Shown one piece after another: positions 39,536 to 52,318 of a stretch of 64,000 nucleotides of DNA (positions are counted from its first letter, which is position 1; each line of letters begins with the position of its first letter). The DNA comes from Macrostomum hystrix (Eukaryota > Animalia > Platyhelminthes): positions 1,674,001 to 1,738,000 of the forward strand of contig CATNEN010000011.1 of the NCBI GenBank assembly GCA_950097015.1. The letters are read 5' to 3'. Both the position numbers and the translations under genes were made by a program. The notes under the pieces were generated by a model. The model searched no databases. It was not told the origin of the DNA and saw nothing but the letters and a program-made list of their open reading frames with translations.

Positions 39536-39792
39536 TTCTAGCTTCATATCAACGATCATATCGGTGCATACTTTGCCGATGACATTCAGCAGCAGAAAGA
39601 GGAGTCTATTTTTGAATCTGGGAACGACCACTGGAGGTATTTTAAATAGCCACTGCCTAATTCACGATAATTCAAAAGTCCACCGTATTAATAAAATATT
39701 TCTACTCTTTACCGAAACAGAAAAACTGGAAAGAGATTACGCCTATCCCAGTTGTTTCAGATGTACTTTCTAAATGAATTCAATTGTTTGTC

Positions 39793-39860
39793 TGGAGCTA
39801 GGATTCGAGCTCGCGACCTTTCAGTCAGATGTCCCAAGCTTTACCAACTGCTACCCACCG
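39793..39860 (-). mobile_element. tRNA-derived SINE head / tRNA-like pseudogene
   Basis: Minus strand has an A-box-like GGTAGCAGTTGGTAAAGC and a B-box-like GAGCTCGAATCC; there is no paired acceptor stem. Confidence 0.5.
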
Positions 39861-40239
39861 GAACTAGTCTATTGCCTAACAACGGTCTGAAAGATTACTT
39901 GAGCAACTCCATAGTAGAAGGTAAGTGAAAAAACAGTAGAGAGTAGAGCAAAGGTATTGTTCCAATATTGACACAGTCGAGACTTCTCCAGTTTGGAAAG
40001 TAATTAGTCTACATTTGTTTTCTCTACACTCTACTAAATTATTTTTACTTTTAGCTTAGTGAGTGTTCGTGGGATATTAATTATAAAGACTTTCAGCTAA
40101 ATTAGATTGTATTTTTTGTTTTATATTCAAATGTCAAATGTTACAAGAACAGTCAGACACTACTAACAGTAAGCAGGACGATTTGCATCCTTTTAATTCT
40201 CTGCAATCGGGTTGAAACCAGAAGCTTGGAACTTCTACT

Positions 40240-41445
40240 GTGATTCTTGCTGCGATTCTAGCTGCGATTCTAGCTGTGACTCTAGCTGCGATTCTAGATG
40301 TGATTCTAGCTGCGATTCTAGCTGTGATTCTAGATGTGATTCTAGCTGCGATTCTAGCTGTGATTTTGCAGCTATTCTAGCTGCGATTCTAGCTTCGATT
40401 TTAGATGTGATTCTAGCTGCGATTCTGGATGTGATTCTAGCTGTGATTCTAGCTGCGATTCTAGCTGCGATTCTATCTGCGATTCTAGCTGCGGTTCTAG
40501 CTGCGATTCTAGCTGCGATTCTAGCTGCGATTCTAGCTGCGATTCTAGCTGTGATTCTTGCTGCCATTCTAGCCGCGATTCTAGCTCCGATTCTAGCTGC
40601 CATTCTAGCTGCAATTCTAGCTGCGATTCTAGCTGCAATTCCAGATGGCTTTTGCTGCGATTCTACTTGTGATAATTTGACTCATGTTGCGATTCCAGCT
40701 GCGATTCTAGCTGTGATTTTGCAGCTATTCTAGCTGCGATTCTAGCTTCGATTCTAGATGTTATTTTGCTGCGATTGTAGCTGCGATTGTAGCTGCGATT
40801 GTAGCTGCGATTCTAGCTGCGATTCTAGATGTTATTTTGCTGCGATTGTAGCTGCGATTGTAGCTGCGATTATAGCTGCGATTCTAGATGTGATTCTAGC
40901 TTTGATTCTAGATGTGACTCTAGCTTTGATTCTTGCTGTGATTCTAGCTGCGATTCTAGATGTGATTCTAGCTGCGATTCTAGATGTGATTCTAGCTGCG
41001 ATTCTAGCTGCGATTCTAGCTGTGATTCTTGCTGCGATTCTAGCTGCGATTCTAGCTTTGATTTTAGATGTGATTCTAGCTGCGATTCTAGATGTGATTC
41101 TAGCTGCGATTCTAGCTGCGATTCTAGCTGTGATTCTTGCTGCGATTTTAGCTGCGATTCTAGCTGCGATTCTAGATGTGATTCTAGCTTTGATTCTAGA
41201 TGTGATTCTAGCTTTGATTCTTGCTGTGATTCTAGCTGCGATTCTAGATGTGATTCTAGCTGCGATTCTAGATGTGATTCTAGCTGCGATTCTAGCTGCG
41301 ATTCTAGCTGTGATTCTTGCTGCGATTCTAGCTGCGATTCTAGCTGCGATTCTAGATGTGATTCTAGCTTTGATTCTAGATGTGATTTTGCTGGGATTCT
41401 AGCTGCGATTCTAGCTTCGGTTCTGGCTGGGATTCTAGCTGCGAT
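40240..41445. repeat. Second block of the same 12-bp array, more degenerate, ~100 copies
   Basis: Direct reading. Confidence 0.96.
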
Positions 41446-42109
41446 AAATTTGTGTACGTTAACAATTGACTGAGAATTTTAAACATAGTGTTTGCACAAG
41501 CTAATTACATAACAAAGCCATTTATCTTTATTTCCCAACACTAATATGTCGATTTTAGTCCCAGGTCGTGTTCTCGTATGTTATAACGTTACGCGCTGCA
41601 GACCCAAGCAGAGCTTTTGATTTGATTTCTGCGGCTGTTCTGGGAATTGATCCGAATCATTCAATCAGCTAAATTGCATCTTCTTTTTTTATTCCGAGAC
41701 CGCAGCGGCCTGCTAAAAGTGAGCACAAGCATATATGCTGCATTTTTTAAAGGTTACTCTTGAGATGTACTTTAATGCAATCATCATGTGACCCTGGCAG
41801 CACTCACATGTAAGGTTTAGATTTTCCTTTGCCCAGAAAACTTTCAATAATGCTAATTTCTTTCGCTTTTATTAAGATTTAGTACGAAAAGAGCAGAAAA
41901 TGCTTAATCTTAAAGTACATTGGTGCGTAGTTAGTTATTAGTGGGGACAGATGGCTGCTAGATTGAATGCCTAATTAATATATGGGCAATGTGACATTGA
42001 CATGCACAAATACACGAGAATATACACTAACTAAATATTGCTATGCCTGGACAAACTTATTGGCCCCTCCAACAACTTGAGCAAATTGACATTTCTGGGT
42101 TATACGAAT

Positions 42110-43460
<1,351 letters not shown>

Positions 43461-44252
43461 AATTTAGCGGAATATCTTCTGAAAATAGCTCAATAGGCAT
43501 AATAAACATTACGGTGTCTAATTGGACAACTGATGTAGAAATTAGTCATAGTCCATGTCTGCTTTCCCAGACTTACAAAGCTCCAGAGGGGAAGTTGTTT
43601 TCCTACCGTCCCGGACTGCACGACGCAGTAGAGTTTTTACCATCGAATCGATTTTTTTCTATTCTAGGCCACTCAACTAATTAGACTATGGACACGACTA
43701 GGGCTACCTTGACAAGCGCTAGCCAACCCAGGTATTACAGGTATATCACGATTATGAAAGCAATGAAAATCCGCGGGGCAACTTCCTGCTCCTACAATCA
43801 AGCAGGGATTTTTCCTCTTGGCCGCTCTCAGTGTCATTGAAGTGTTCTCAAAACAAATCCTTTGTCCGAATAAAAAATAATTATTGATACTTTGAACGTC
43901 CTTACATTTTTCTACAGTTTTTTGTCTTTTTCATAGGATAAGCACCGGAAGCTCGAATCCCAATTCAAGCGAATCAATACTTTAACAAAACTTACCATAA
44001 AAAAATATGATTAGCTCGAGACACACCTTCATAATATACTGTCAACGAATCAAAAACACAAATCACAGAGAAATCAAGCTCAATTGTCAAGCGATTTTAG
44101 CTAGCTACACTATTCATCTTTAGCAGAGCTATGGCTCACTAATATTGACAAGAAGTCATTCTCCAGTAATCCCATTGGATGTAGCCATGAGATCGTAGCT
44201 GCCAATACTCATCGGCGCTATGATTGAGTCCGCAGGCACTTAGCAGTAGTAT

Positions 44253-47200
44253 TGAGAGCATCAGTAGCTTCCCCTGTCCTTCACTGATGGCATCAGTAGC
44301 TTCCCCTGTCCTTCACTGATGGCATCAGTAGCTTCCCCTGTCCTTCACTGATGGCATCAGTAGCTTCCCCTGTCCTTCACTGATGGCATCAGTAGCTTCC
44401 TCCTGTCCTTCAGTGAGAACATCCGTAGCTTCCTCCTGTCCTTCAGTGAGAACATCCGTAGCTTTCTCCTGTCCTTCAACGAGAACATCCGTAGCTTTCT
44501 CCTGTCCTTCAACGAGAACATCCGTAGCTTCCTCCTGTCCTTCAGTGAGAACATCCGTAGCTTCCTCCTGTCCTTCAGTGAGAACATCAGTAGCTTCCCC
44601 TGTCCTTCAGTGAGAACATCAGTAGCTTCCCCTGTCCTTCAGTGAGAACATCCGTAGCTTCCTCCTGTCCTTCAGTGAGAACATCAGTAGCTTCCTCCTG
44701 TCCTTCAGTGAGAACATCCGTAGCTTCCTCCTGTCCTTCAGTGAGAACATCCGTAGCTTTCTCTTGTCCTTCAGTGAGAACATCCGTAGCTTCCTCCTGT
44801 CCTTCAGTGAGAACATCCGTAGCTTCCTCCTGTCCTTCAGTGAGAACATCCGTAGCTTTCTCCTGTCCTTCAGTGAGAACATCAGTAGCTTTCTCCTGTC
44901 CTTCAGTGAGAACATCCGTAGCTTCCTCCTGTCCTTCAGTGAGAACATCCGTAGCTTCCTCCTGTCCTTCAGTGAGAACATCAGTAGCTTCCCCTGTCCT
45001 TCAGTGAGAACATCCGTAGCTTTCTCCTGTCCTTCAGTGAGAACATCCGTAGCTTTCTCCTGTCCTTCAGTGAGAACATCCGTAGCTTTCTCCTGTCCTT
45101 CAGTGAGAACATCCGTAGCTTTCTCCTGTCCTTCAGTGAGAACATCCGTAGCTTTCTCCTGTCCTTCAGTGAGAACATCAGTAGCTTTCTCTTGTCCTTC
45201 AGTGAGAACATCCGTAGCTTTCTCCTGTCCTTCAGTGAGAACATCAGTAGCTTTCTCCTGTCCTTCAGTGACAACATCAGTAGCTTTCTCCTGTCCTTCA
45301 ATGAGAACATCAGTAGCTTCCCCTGTCCTTCAGTGACAACATCCGTAGCTTTCTCCTGTCCTTCAGTGAGAACATCCGTAGCTTTCTCCTGTCCTTCAGT
45401 GAGAACATCCGTTGCTTCCTGTCCTTAAGTGAGAACATCAGTAGCTTCTCCCTGTCCTTCAGTGAGAACATCCGTAGCTTCCAGTCCTTCAGTGACAACA
45501 TGCGTAGCTTCCTCCTCTGATTCATTGAGAGCATCCGTAGCTTCCGTTGTCCTTCAGTGAGAACATCACTAGCTTTCTCCTGTCCTTCAGTGAGAGCATC
45601 AGTAGCTTCGCCTGTCCTTCATTGAGAACATCCGTAGCTTCCTCCTGTCCTTCAGTGAGAACATCCGTAGCTTCCTCCTGTCCTTCAGTGAGAACATCCG
45701 TAGCTTCCTCCTGTCCTTCAGTGAGAACATCCGTAGCTTTCTCTTGTCCTTCAGTGAGAACATCCGTAGCTTTCTCCTGTCCTTCAGTGAGAACATCCGT
45801 AGCTTTCTCTTGTCCTTCAGTGAGAACATCTGTAGCTTTCTCCTGTCCTTCAGTGACAACATCAGTAGCTTTCTCCTGTCCTTCAGTGAGAACATCAGTA
45901 GCTTCCCCTGTCCTTCAGTGACAACATCCGTAGCATTCTCCTGTCCTTCAGTGAGAACATCCGTAGCTTCCTCCTGTCCTTCAGTGAGAACATCCGTAGC
46001 TTTCTCCTGTCCTTCAGTGAGAACATCCGTAGCTTTCTCTTGTTCTTCAGTGAGAGCATCAGTAGCTTCCCCTGTCCTTCAGTGACAACATCCGTAGCAT
46101 TCTCCTGTCCTTCAGTGAGAACATCCGTAGCTTCCTCCTGTCCTTCAGTGAGAACATCCGTAGCTTTCTCCTGTCCTTCAGTGAGAACATCAGTAGCTTC
46201 CCCTGTCCTTCAGTGACAACATCCGTAGCATTCTCCTGTCCTTCAGTGAGAACATCCGTAGCTTCCTCCTGTCCTTCAGTGAGAACATCCGTAGCTTCCC
46301 CTGTCCTTCAGTGACAACATCCGTAGCATTCTCCTGTCCTTCAGTGAGAACATCCGTAGCTTCCTCCTGTCCTTCAGTGAGAACATCCGTAGCTTTCTCC
46401 TGTCCTTCAGTGAGAACATCCGTAGCTTTCTCCTGTCCTTCAGTGACAACATCAGTAGCTTTCTCCTGTCCTTCACTGATGGTATCAGTAGCTTCCCCTG
46501 TCCTTCACTGATGGCATCAGTAGCTTCCCCTGTCCTTCACTGATGGCATCAGTAGCTTCCCCAGTCCTTCAGTGAGAACATCCGTAGCTTTCTCCTGTCC
46601 TTCAACGAGAACATCCGTAGCTTTCTCCTGTCCTTCAACGAGAACATCCGTAGCTTCCTCCTGTCCTTCAGTGAGAACATCAGTAGCTTCCCCTGTCCTT
46701 CAGTGAGAACATCAGTAGCTTCCCCTGTCCTTCAGTGAGAACATCCGTAGCTTCCTCCTGTCCTTCAGTGAGAACATCAGTAGCTTCCTCCTGTCCTTCA
46801 GTGAGAACATCCGTAGCTTCCTCCTGTCCTTCAGTGAGAACATCCGTAGCTTTCTCTTGTCCTTCAGTGAGAACATCCGTAGCTTCCTCCTGTCCTTCAG
46901 TGAGAACATCCGTAGCTTTCTCCTGTCCTTCAGTGAGAACATCAGTAGCTTTCTCCTGTCCTTCAGTGAGAACATCCGTAGCTTCCTCCTGTCCTTCAGT
47001 GAGAACATCCGTAGCTTCCTCCTGTCCTTCAGTGAGAACATCCGTAGCTTTCTCCTGTCCTTCAGTGAGAACATCCGTAGCTTTCTCCTGTCCTTCAGTG
47101 AGAACATCAGTAGCTTTCTCCTGTCCTTCAGTGAGAACATCCGTAGCTTTCTCCTGTCCTTCAGTGAGAACATCCGTAGCTTCCTCCTGTCCTTCAGTGA

Positions 47201-50200
47201 GAACATCCGTAGCTTTCTCCTGTCCTTCAGTGACAACATCCGTAGCTTTCTCCTGTCCTTCAGTGAGAACATCAGTAGCTTTCTCTTGTCCTTCAGTGAG
47301 AACATCCGTAGCTTTCTCCTGTCCTTCAGTGAGAACATCAGTAGCTTTCTCCTGTCCTTCAGTGAGAACATCACTAGCTTTCTCCTGTCCTTCAGTGAGA
47401 GCATCAGTAGCTTCCCCTGTCCTTCAGTGAGAACATCCGTAGCTTTCTCCTGTCCTTCAGTGAGAACATCCGTAGCTTTCTCTTGTCCTTCAGTGAGAAC
47501 ATCCATAGCTTTCTCCTGTCCTTCAGTGAGAACATCAGTAGCTTCCCCTGTCCTTCACTGATGGCATCAGTAGCTTTCTCCTGTCCTTCAGTGACAACAT
47601 CAGTAGCTTTCTCCTGTCCTTCAGTGAGAACATCAGTAGCTTCCCCTGTCCTTCAGTGACAACATCCGTAGCTTTTTCCTGTCCTTCAGTGAGAACATCA
47701 GTAGCTTTCTCTTGTTCTTCAGTGAGAACATCCGTAGCTTTCTCCTGTCCTTCAGTGACAACATCAGTAGCTTTCTCCTGTCCTTCACTGATGGTATCAG
47801 TAGCTTCCCCTGTCCTTCACTGATGGCATCAGTAGCTTCCCCTGTCCTTCACTGATGGCATCAGTAGCTTCCCCAGTCCTTCAGTGAGAACATCCGTAGC
47901 TTTCTCCTGTCCTTCAGTGAGAACATCCGTAGCTTCCTCCTGTCCTTCAGTGAGAACATCCGTAGCTTTCTCCTGTCCTTCAGTGAGAACATCCGTAGCT
48001 TCCTCCTGTCCTTCAGTGAGAACATCCGTAGCTTCCTCCTGTCCTTCAGTGAGAACATCCGTAGCTTTCTCCTGTCCTTCAGTGAGAACATCAGTAGCTT
48101 TCTCCTGTCCTTCAGTGAGAACATCCGTAGCTTTCTCCTGTCCTTCAGTGAGAACATCCGTAGCTTCCTCCTGTCCTTCAGTGAGAACATCCGTAGCTTT
48201 CTCCTGTCCTTCAGTGACAACATCCGTAGCTTTCTCCTGTCCTTCAGTGAGAACATCAGTAGCTTTCTCTTGTCCTTCAGTGAGAACATCCGTAGCTTTC
48301 TCCTGTCCTTCAGTGAGAACATCAGTAGCTTTCTCCTGTCCTTCAGTGAGAACATCACTAGCTTTCTCCTGTCCTTCAGTGAGAGCATCAGTAGCTTCCC
48401 CTGTCCTTCAGTGAGAACATCCGTAGCTTTCTCCTGTCCTTCAGTGAGAACATCCGTAGCTTTCTCTTGTCCTTCAGTGAGAACATCCATAGCTTTCTCC
48501 TGTCCTTCAGTGAGAACATCAGTAGCTTCCCCTGTCCTTCAGTGACAACATCAGTAGCTTTCTCCTGTCCTTCAGTGAGAACATCAGTAGCTTCCCCTGT
48601 CCTTCAGTGACAACATCCGTAGCTTTTTCCTGTCCTTCAGTGAGAACATCAGTAGCTTCCCCTGTCCTTCAGTGAGAACATCCGTAGCTTTCTCCTGTCC
48701 TTCAGTGAGAACATCCGTAGCTTTCTCCTGTCCTTCAGTGATGGCATCAGTAGCTTCCCCTGTCCTTCACTGATGGCATCAGTAGCTTCCCCAGTCCTTC
48801 AGTGAGAACATCAGTAGCTTTCTCTTGTTCTTCAGTGAGAACATCCGTAGCTTTCTCCTGTCCTTCAGTGACAACATCAGTAGCTTTCTCCTGTCCTTCA
48901 CTGATGGTATCAGTAGCTTCCCCTGTCCTTCACTGATGGCATCAGTAGCTTCCCCTGTCCTTCACTGATGGCATCAGTAGCTTCCCCAGTCCTTCAGTGA
49001 GAACATCCGTAGCTTTCTCCTGTCCTTCAACGAGAACATCCGTAGCTTTCTCCTGTCCTTCAACGAGAACATCCGTAGCTTCCTCCTGTCCTTCAGTGAG
49101 AACATCCGTAGCTTCCTCCTGTCCTTCAGTGAGAACATCAGTAGCTTCCCCTGTCCTTCAGTGAGAACATCAGTAGCTTCCCCTGTCCTTCAGTGAGAAC
49201 ATCCGTAGCTTCCTCCTGTCCTTCAGTGAGAACATCCGTAGCTTTCTCTTGTCCTTCAGTGAGAACATCTGTAGCTTCCTCCTGTCCTTCAGTGAGAACA
49301 TCCGTAGCTTCCTCCTGTCCTTCAGTGAGAACATCCGTAGCTTTCTCCTGTCCTTCAGTGAGAACATCAGTAGCTTCCTCCTGTCCTTCAGTGAGAACAT
49401 CCGTAGCTTTCTCCGGTCCTTCAGTGAGAACATCAGTAGCTTTCTCCTGTCCTTCAGTGAGAACATCCGTAGCTTCCTCCTGTCCTTCAGTGAGAACATC
49501 CGTAGCTTTCTCCTGTCCTTCAGTGAGAACATCCGTAGCTTTCTCCTGTCCTTCAGTGAGAACATCCGTAGCTTTCTCCTGTCCTTCAGTGAGAACATCA
49601 GTAGCTTTCTCTTGTCCTTCAGTGAGAACATCCGTAGCTTTCTCCTGTCCTTCAGTGAGAACATCCGTAGCTTCCTCCTGTCCTTCAGTGAGAACATCCG
49701 TAGCTTTCTCCTGTCCTTCAGTGAGAACATCCGTAGCTTTCTCCTGTCCTTCAACGAGAACATCCGTAGCTTCCTCCTGTCCTTCAGTGAGAACATCCGT
49801 AGCTTCCTCCTGTCCTTCAGTGAGAACATCAGTAGCTTCCCCTGTCCTTCAGTGAGAACATCAGTAGCTTCCCCTGTCCTTCAGTGAGAACATCCGTAGC
49901 TTCCTCCTGTCCTTCAGTGAGAACATCCGTGGCTTTCTCCTGTCCTTCAGTGAGAACATCCGTAGCTTTCTCCTGTCCTTCAGTGAGAACATCAGTAGCT
50001 TTCTCCTGTCCTTCAGTGAGAACATCCGTAGCTTTCTCCTGTCCTTCAGTGACAACATCCGTAGCTTTCTCCTGTCCTTCAGTGAGAACATCCGTAGCTT
50101 TCTCCTGTCCTTCAGTGAGAACATCCGTAGCTTCTCCCTGTCCTTCAGTGAGAACATCAGTAGCTTCTCCCTGTCCTTCAGTGAGAACATCAGTAGCTTC

Positions 50201-50402
50201 CCCAGTCCTTCAGTGAGAACATCAGTAGCTTTTCCCTGTCCTTCAGTGAGAACATCGGTAGCTTTCTCCTGGCCTTCAGTGAGAACATCGGTAGCTTTCT
50301 CCTGGCCTTCAGTGAGAGCATCAGTAGCTTCCCCTGTCCTTCAGTGGGAGCATCAGTAGCTTCCCCTGTCCTTCATTGAGAGCATCCGTTGTTCCTGTCC
50401 TT
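44253..50402. repeat. 33/32-bp minisatellite GTCCTTCAGTGAGAACATC(C/A)GTAGCTT(T/C)CTCCT, ~186 copies, 6.1 kb, with higher-order blocks
   Basis: Direct reading. Confidence 0.98.
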
Positions 50403-51404
50403 CGGTGATAGCAGCACATAGCTAGCTACTTTTACAACGTACAGTACAAATTTAAAGCCATCCGATTGATACCCACTTTTGTAAAACTCAGGACTAGCTC
50501 AAGTGTATCAATTGCCTGACAAAGATGTAGAGAATAATCAATAAAAAAGCAATGCCTCATTGCTGTGATGACTGCACAAACAAATTATCGCTTTAGATTA
50601 ACGAATGCGAGTTAATGCGAACTTATAGTTTGATGAGTTCAAAGCAAACTACACTAATATTCTGCTTTTTGACGCGCAGCTATAGGCTAGTACAAGTTTT
50701 ATTTAACTGCCTAAAAAGCAGAAAAATATTAGATTTAGGATGCATGTGGGCGGTAGGTTTTGTTATGTTTTGCAAGGACACCCCTAAGCCTTTGCTTTGT
50801 AGAATGATCCTAAGCCTGCCTCCATCTTCCCAGTTCTCATCAGAGCCTTCTAAGGAGCAGCAACTTGATATCCCTGGATAGGCCGCGCCCAGAACGATGT
50901 GGCCGACACAGATGTCAAGCTAACAGACGGGTGGGTGAGCCGCCGTTTTGTGAAATCTTGCTTTTGTTCACGTGCACGCAGCTTATGTAGCTATCATTGA
51001 TTGACTTTCCTCGTGTAACAGTTATATGGGAAACAATATATAGACGTGTAAAAAAGCTAATCCCTACCGATTGTGAGGGAATTCCTTTTATTCTCTGCTT
51101 GCGCTGTACGATGGTGCTACGACGATTGACATTCTCGCTCGACCGAGTAGATTAGGTGTGCAGCTCTTACTGAATTGGGACATGCATAGCATACAATCTA
51201 AAAACTGTCGACCATAAAACTGAAAAACTAGTCATTGGCTTTGAAGGCTTTAAACCTAAGAATAGAATCAAAGCAGCGTCATATCTTCTCGAAATCCCAC
51301 CAACAATATTTTTAAATGACGGAAAAAAACTAAGACAAATATGCAACAGCTCAATCTGAACAATTCATTTCTAATTTGCCTCAGTCCATATGAATGACAA
51401 ACAT

Positions 51405-52225
51405 CTAGCACCTGTAGAGTGCGCGGATCTTGGCCACATCCTGGCTGGTCAGAGAGCTGCCACCGACAGTGCCGCCAGACCTGGTGGTGATGGTGTTCCG
51501 GCCGTTGCAGGTGAAGTCGGTGCTAGCGTAGTGCATCACAGAACGGTAGTCGTAGGCGGGGAAGCCGGAAGGCAGGGTGCCCTGCTTGTAGAAGTTGCCG
51601 CACTGCTTGTTGTTGATGTTGGCCCAGTGGATCGTGACGAAGTTGTCTCGATCGCGACGGCTCTGCTCGTGGTGCATTCCGATAGCGTGGATGAACTCGT
51701 GCTGGATGGTGCCGGTGGAGTAGCAGCCGCTGGACTGCAGCGACAGCTGCTGCCTGCCACCGGTCCTGCCGACGTAGGACCAGCAGCCGCTGCCGCTGAA
51801 CACCTCGACGTAGTCCCTCTCGTTTGTGCGCCTCACGAAACGGACGCAGTTTCCGATGCGGGACTGCAGGGAGGCGAGGGCGGTGGCCACAGAGCTGGCG
51901 GAACCGGACACCACAGTGTAGGGCACGACCTTGGTGCTCCACAGGTTGCTGACGACGTTCCTCAGGCCAAGCATCTCGAGGAAGTTGTTGCTGGTCAGCC
52001 TCATGTCACCTTCGTACAGTCCGGTCTCCGGGTCGGGCTTGGGAAGACCGTTCTCGTCGCTGATCATCTGAAAAGATCAGTTCAGAATTCTAGTTAACGA
52101 TTGCGAATCACTGGCGTGACAGTGTGAGATTTGAGTTTGGCTTGAAAGGAACTTACGGACGGCGAGCAGCCGCACTGGGCGTAGGCGAACGCCACCAGAC
52201 AGCTCAGCAGGACGACGCGAAACAT
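51405..52225 (-). CDS. Astacin-family (M12A) zinc metalloprotease, copy 1; join(52225-52157, 52067-51405), 243 aa
   Basis: Exon 1 encodes MFRVVLLSCLVAFAYAQCGCSPS (signal peptide) and ends TCC|GTAAGT. The 89-nt intron ends ttttcAG, phase 0. Exon 2 has the propeptide YEGDM (FxGD-like switch), R|NVV..LW, the zinc motif HEFIHAIGMHHEQSRRDRD, the Met-turn SVMHY and C-terminal LYRC-TAG. Confidence 0.95.
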
Positions 52226-52310
52226 GACTTCGGCTTTGGTTTGTAAGTTCAGTTGAGTCTTGCTTTGAGAGTTGCTCTTGTTGGAAATTAGGCACAGCAA
52301 AGTACTGCAG

Positions 52311-52318
52311 CTATATAG
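52311..52318 (-). promoter_or_regulatory. TATA box, astacin copy 1
   Basis: CTATATAG ~90 nt upstream of the ATG; the same position is conserved in copy 2. Confidence 0.6.

Noticed and set aside
36979-39582. 665-815 aa ORFs (DSSC)n, (ILAA)n and (ARIT)n
   Set aside because: Several frames on both strands are open simply because the 12-bp unit lacks stops; no ATG-led non-repetitive flank; the apparently synonymous TGC/TGT change is a CpG transition.
39793-39860. Functional tRNA gene
   Set aside because: A/B boxes are present but there is no pairing acceptor stem or clear anticodon arm; treated as SINE-like.
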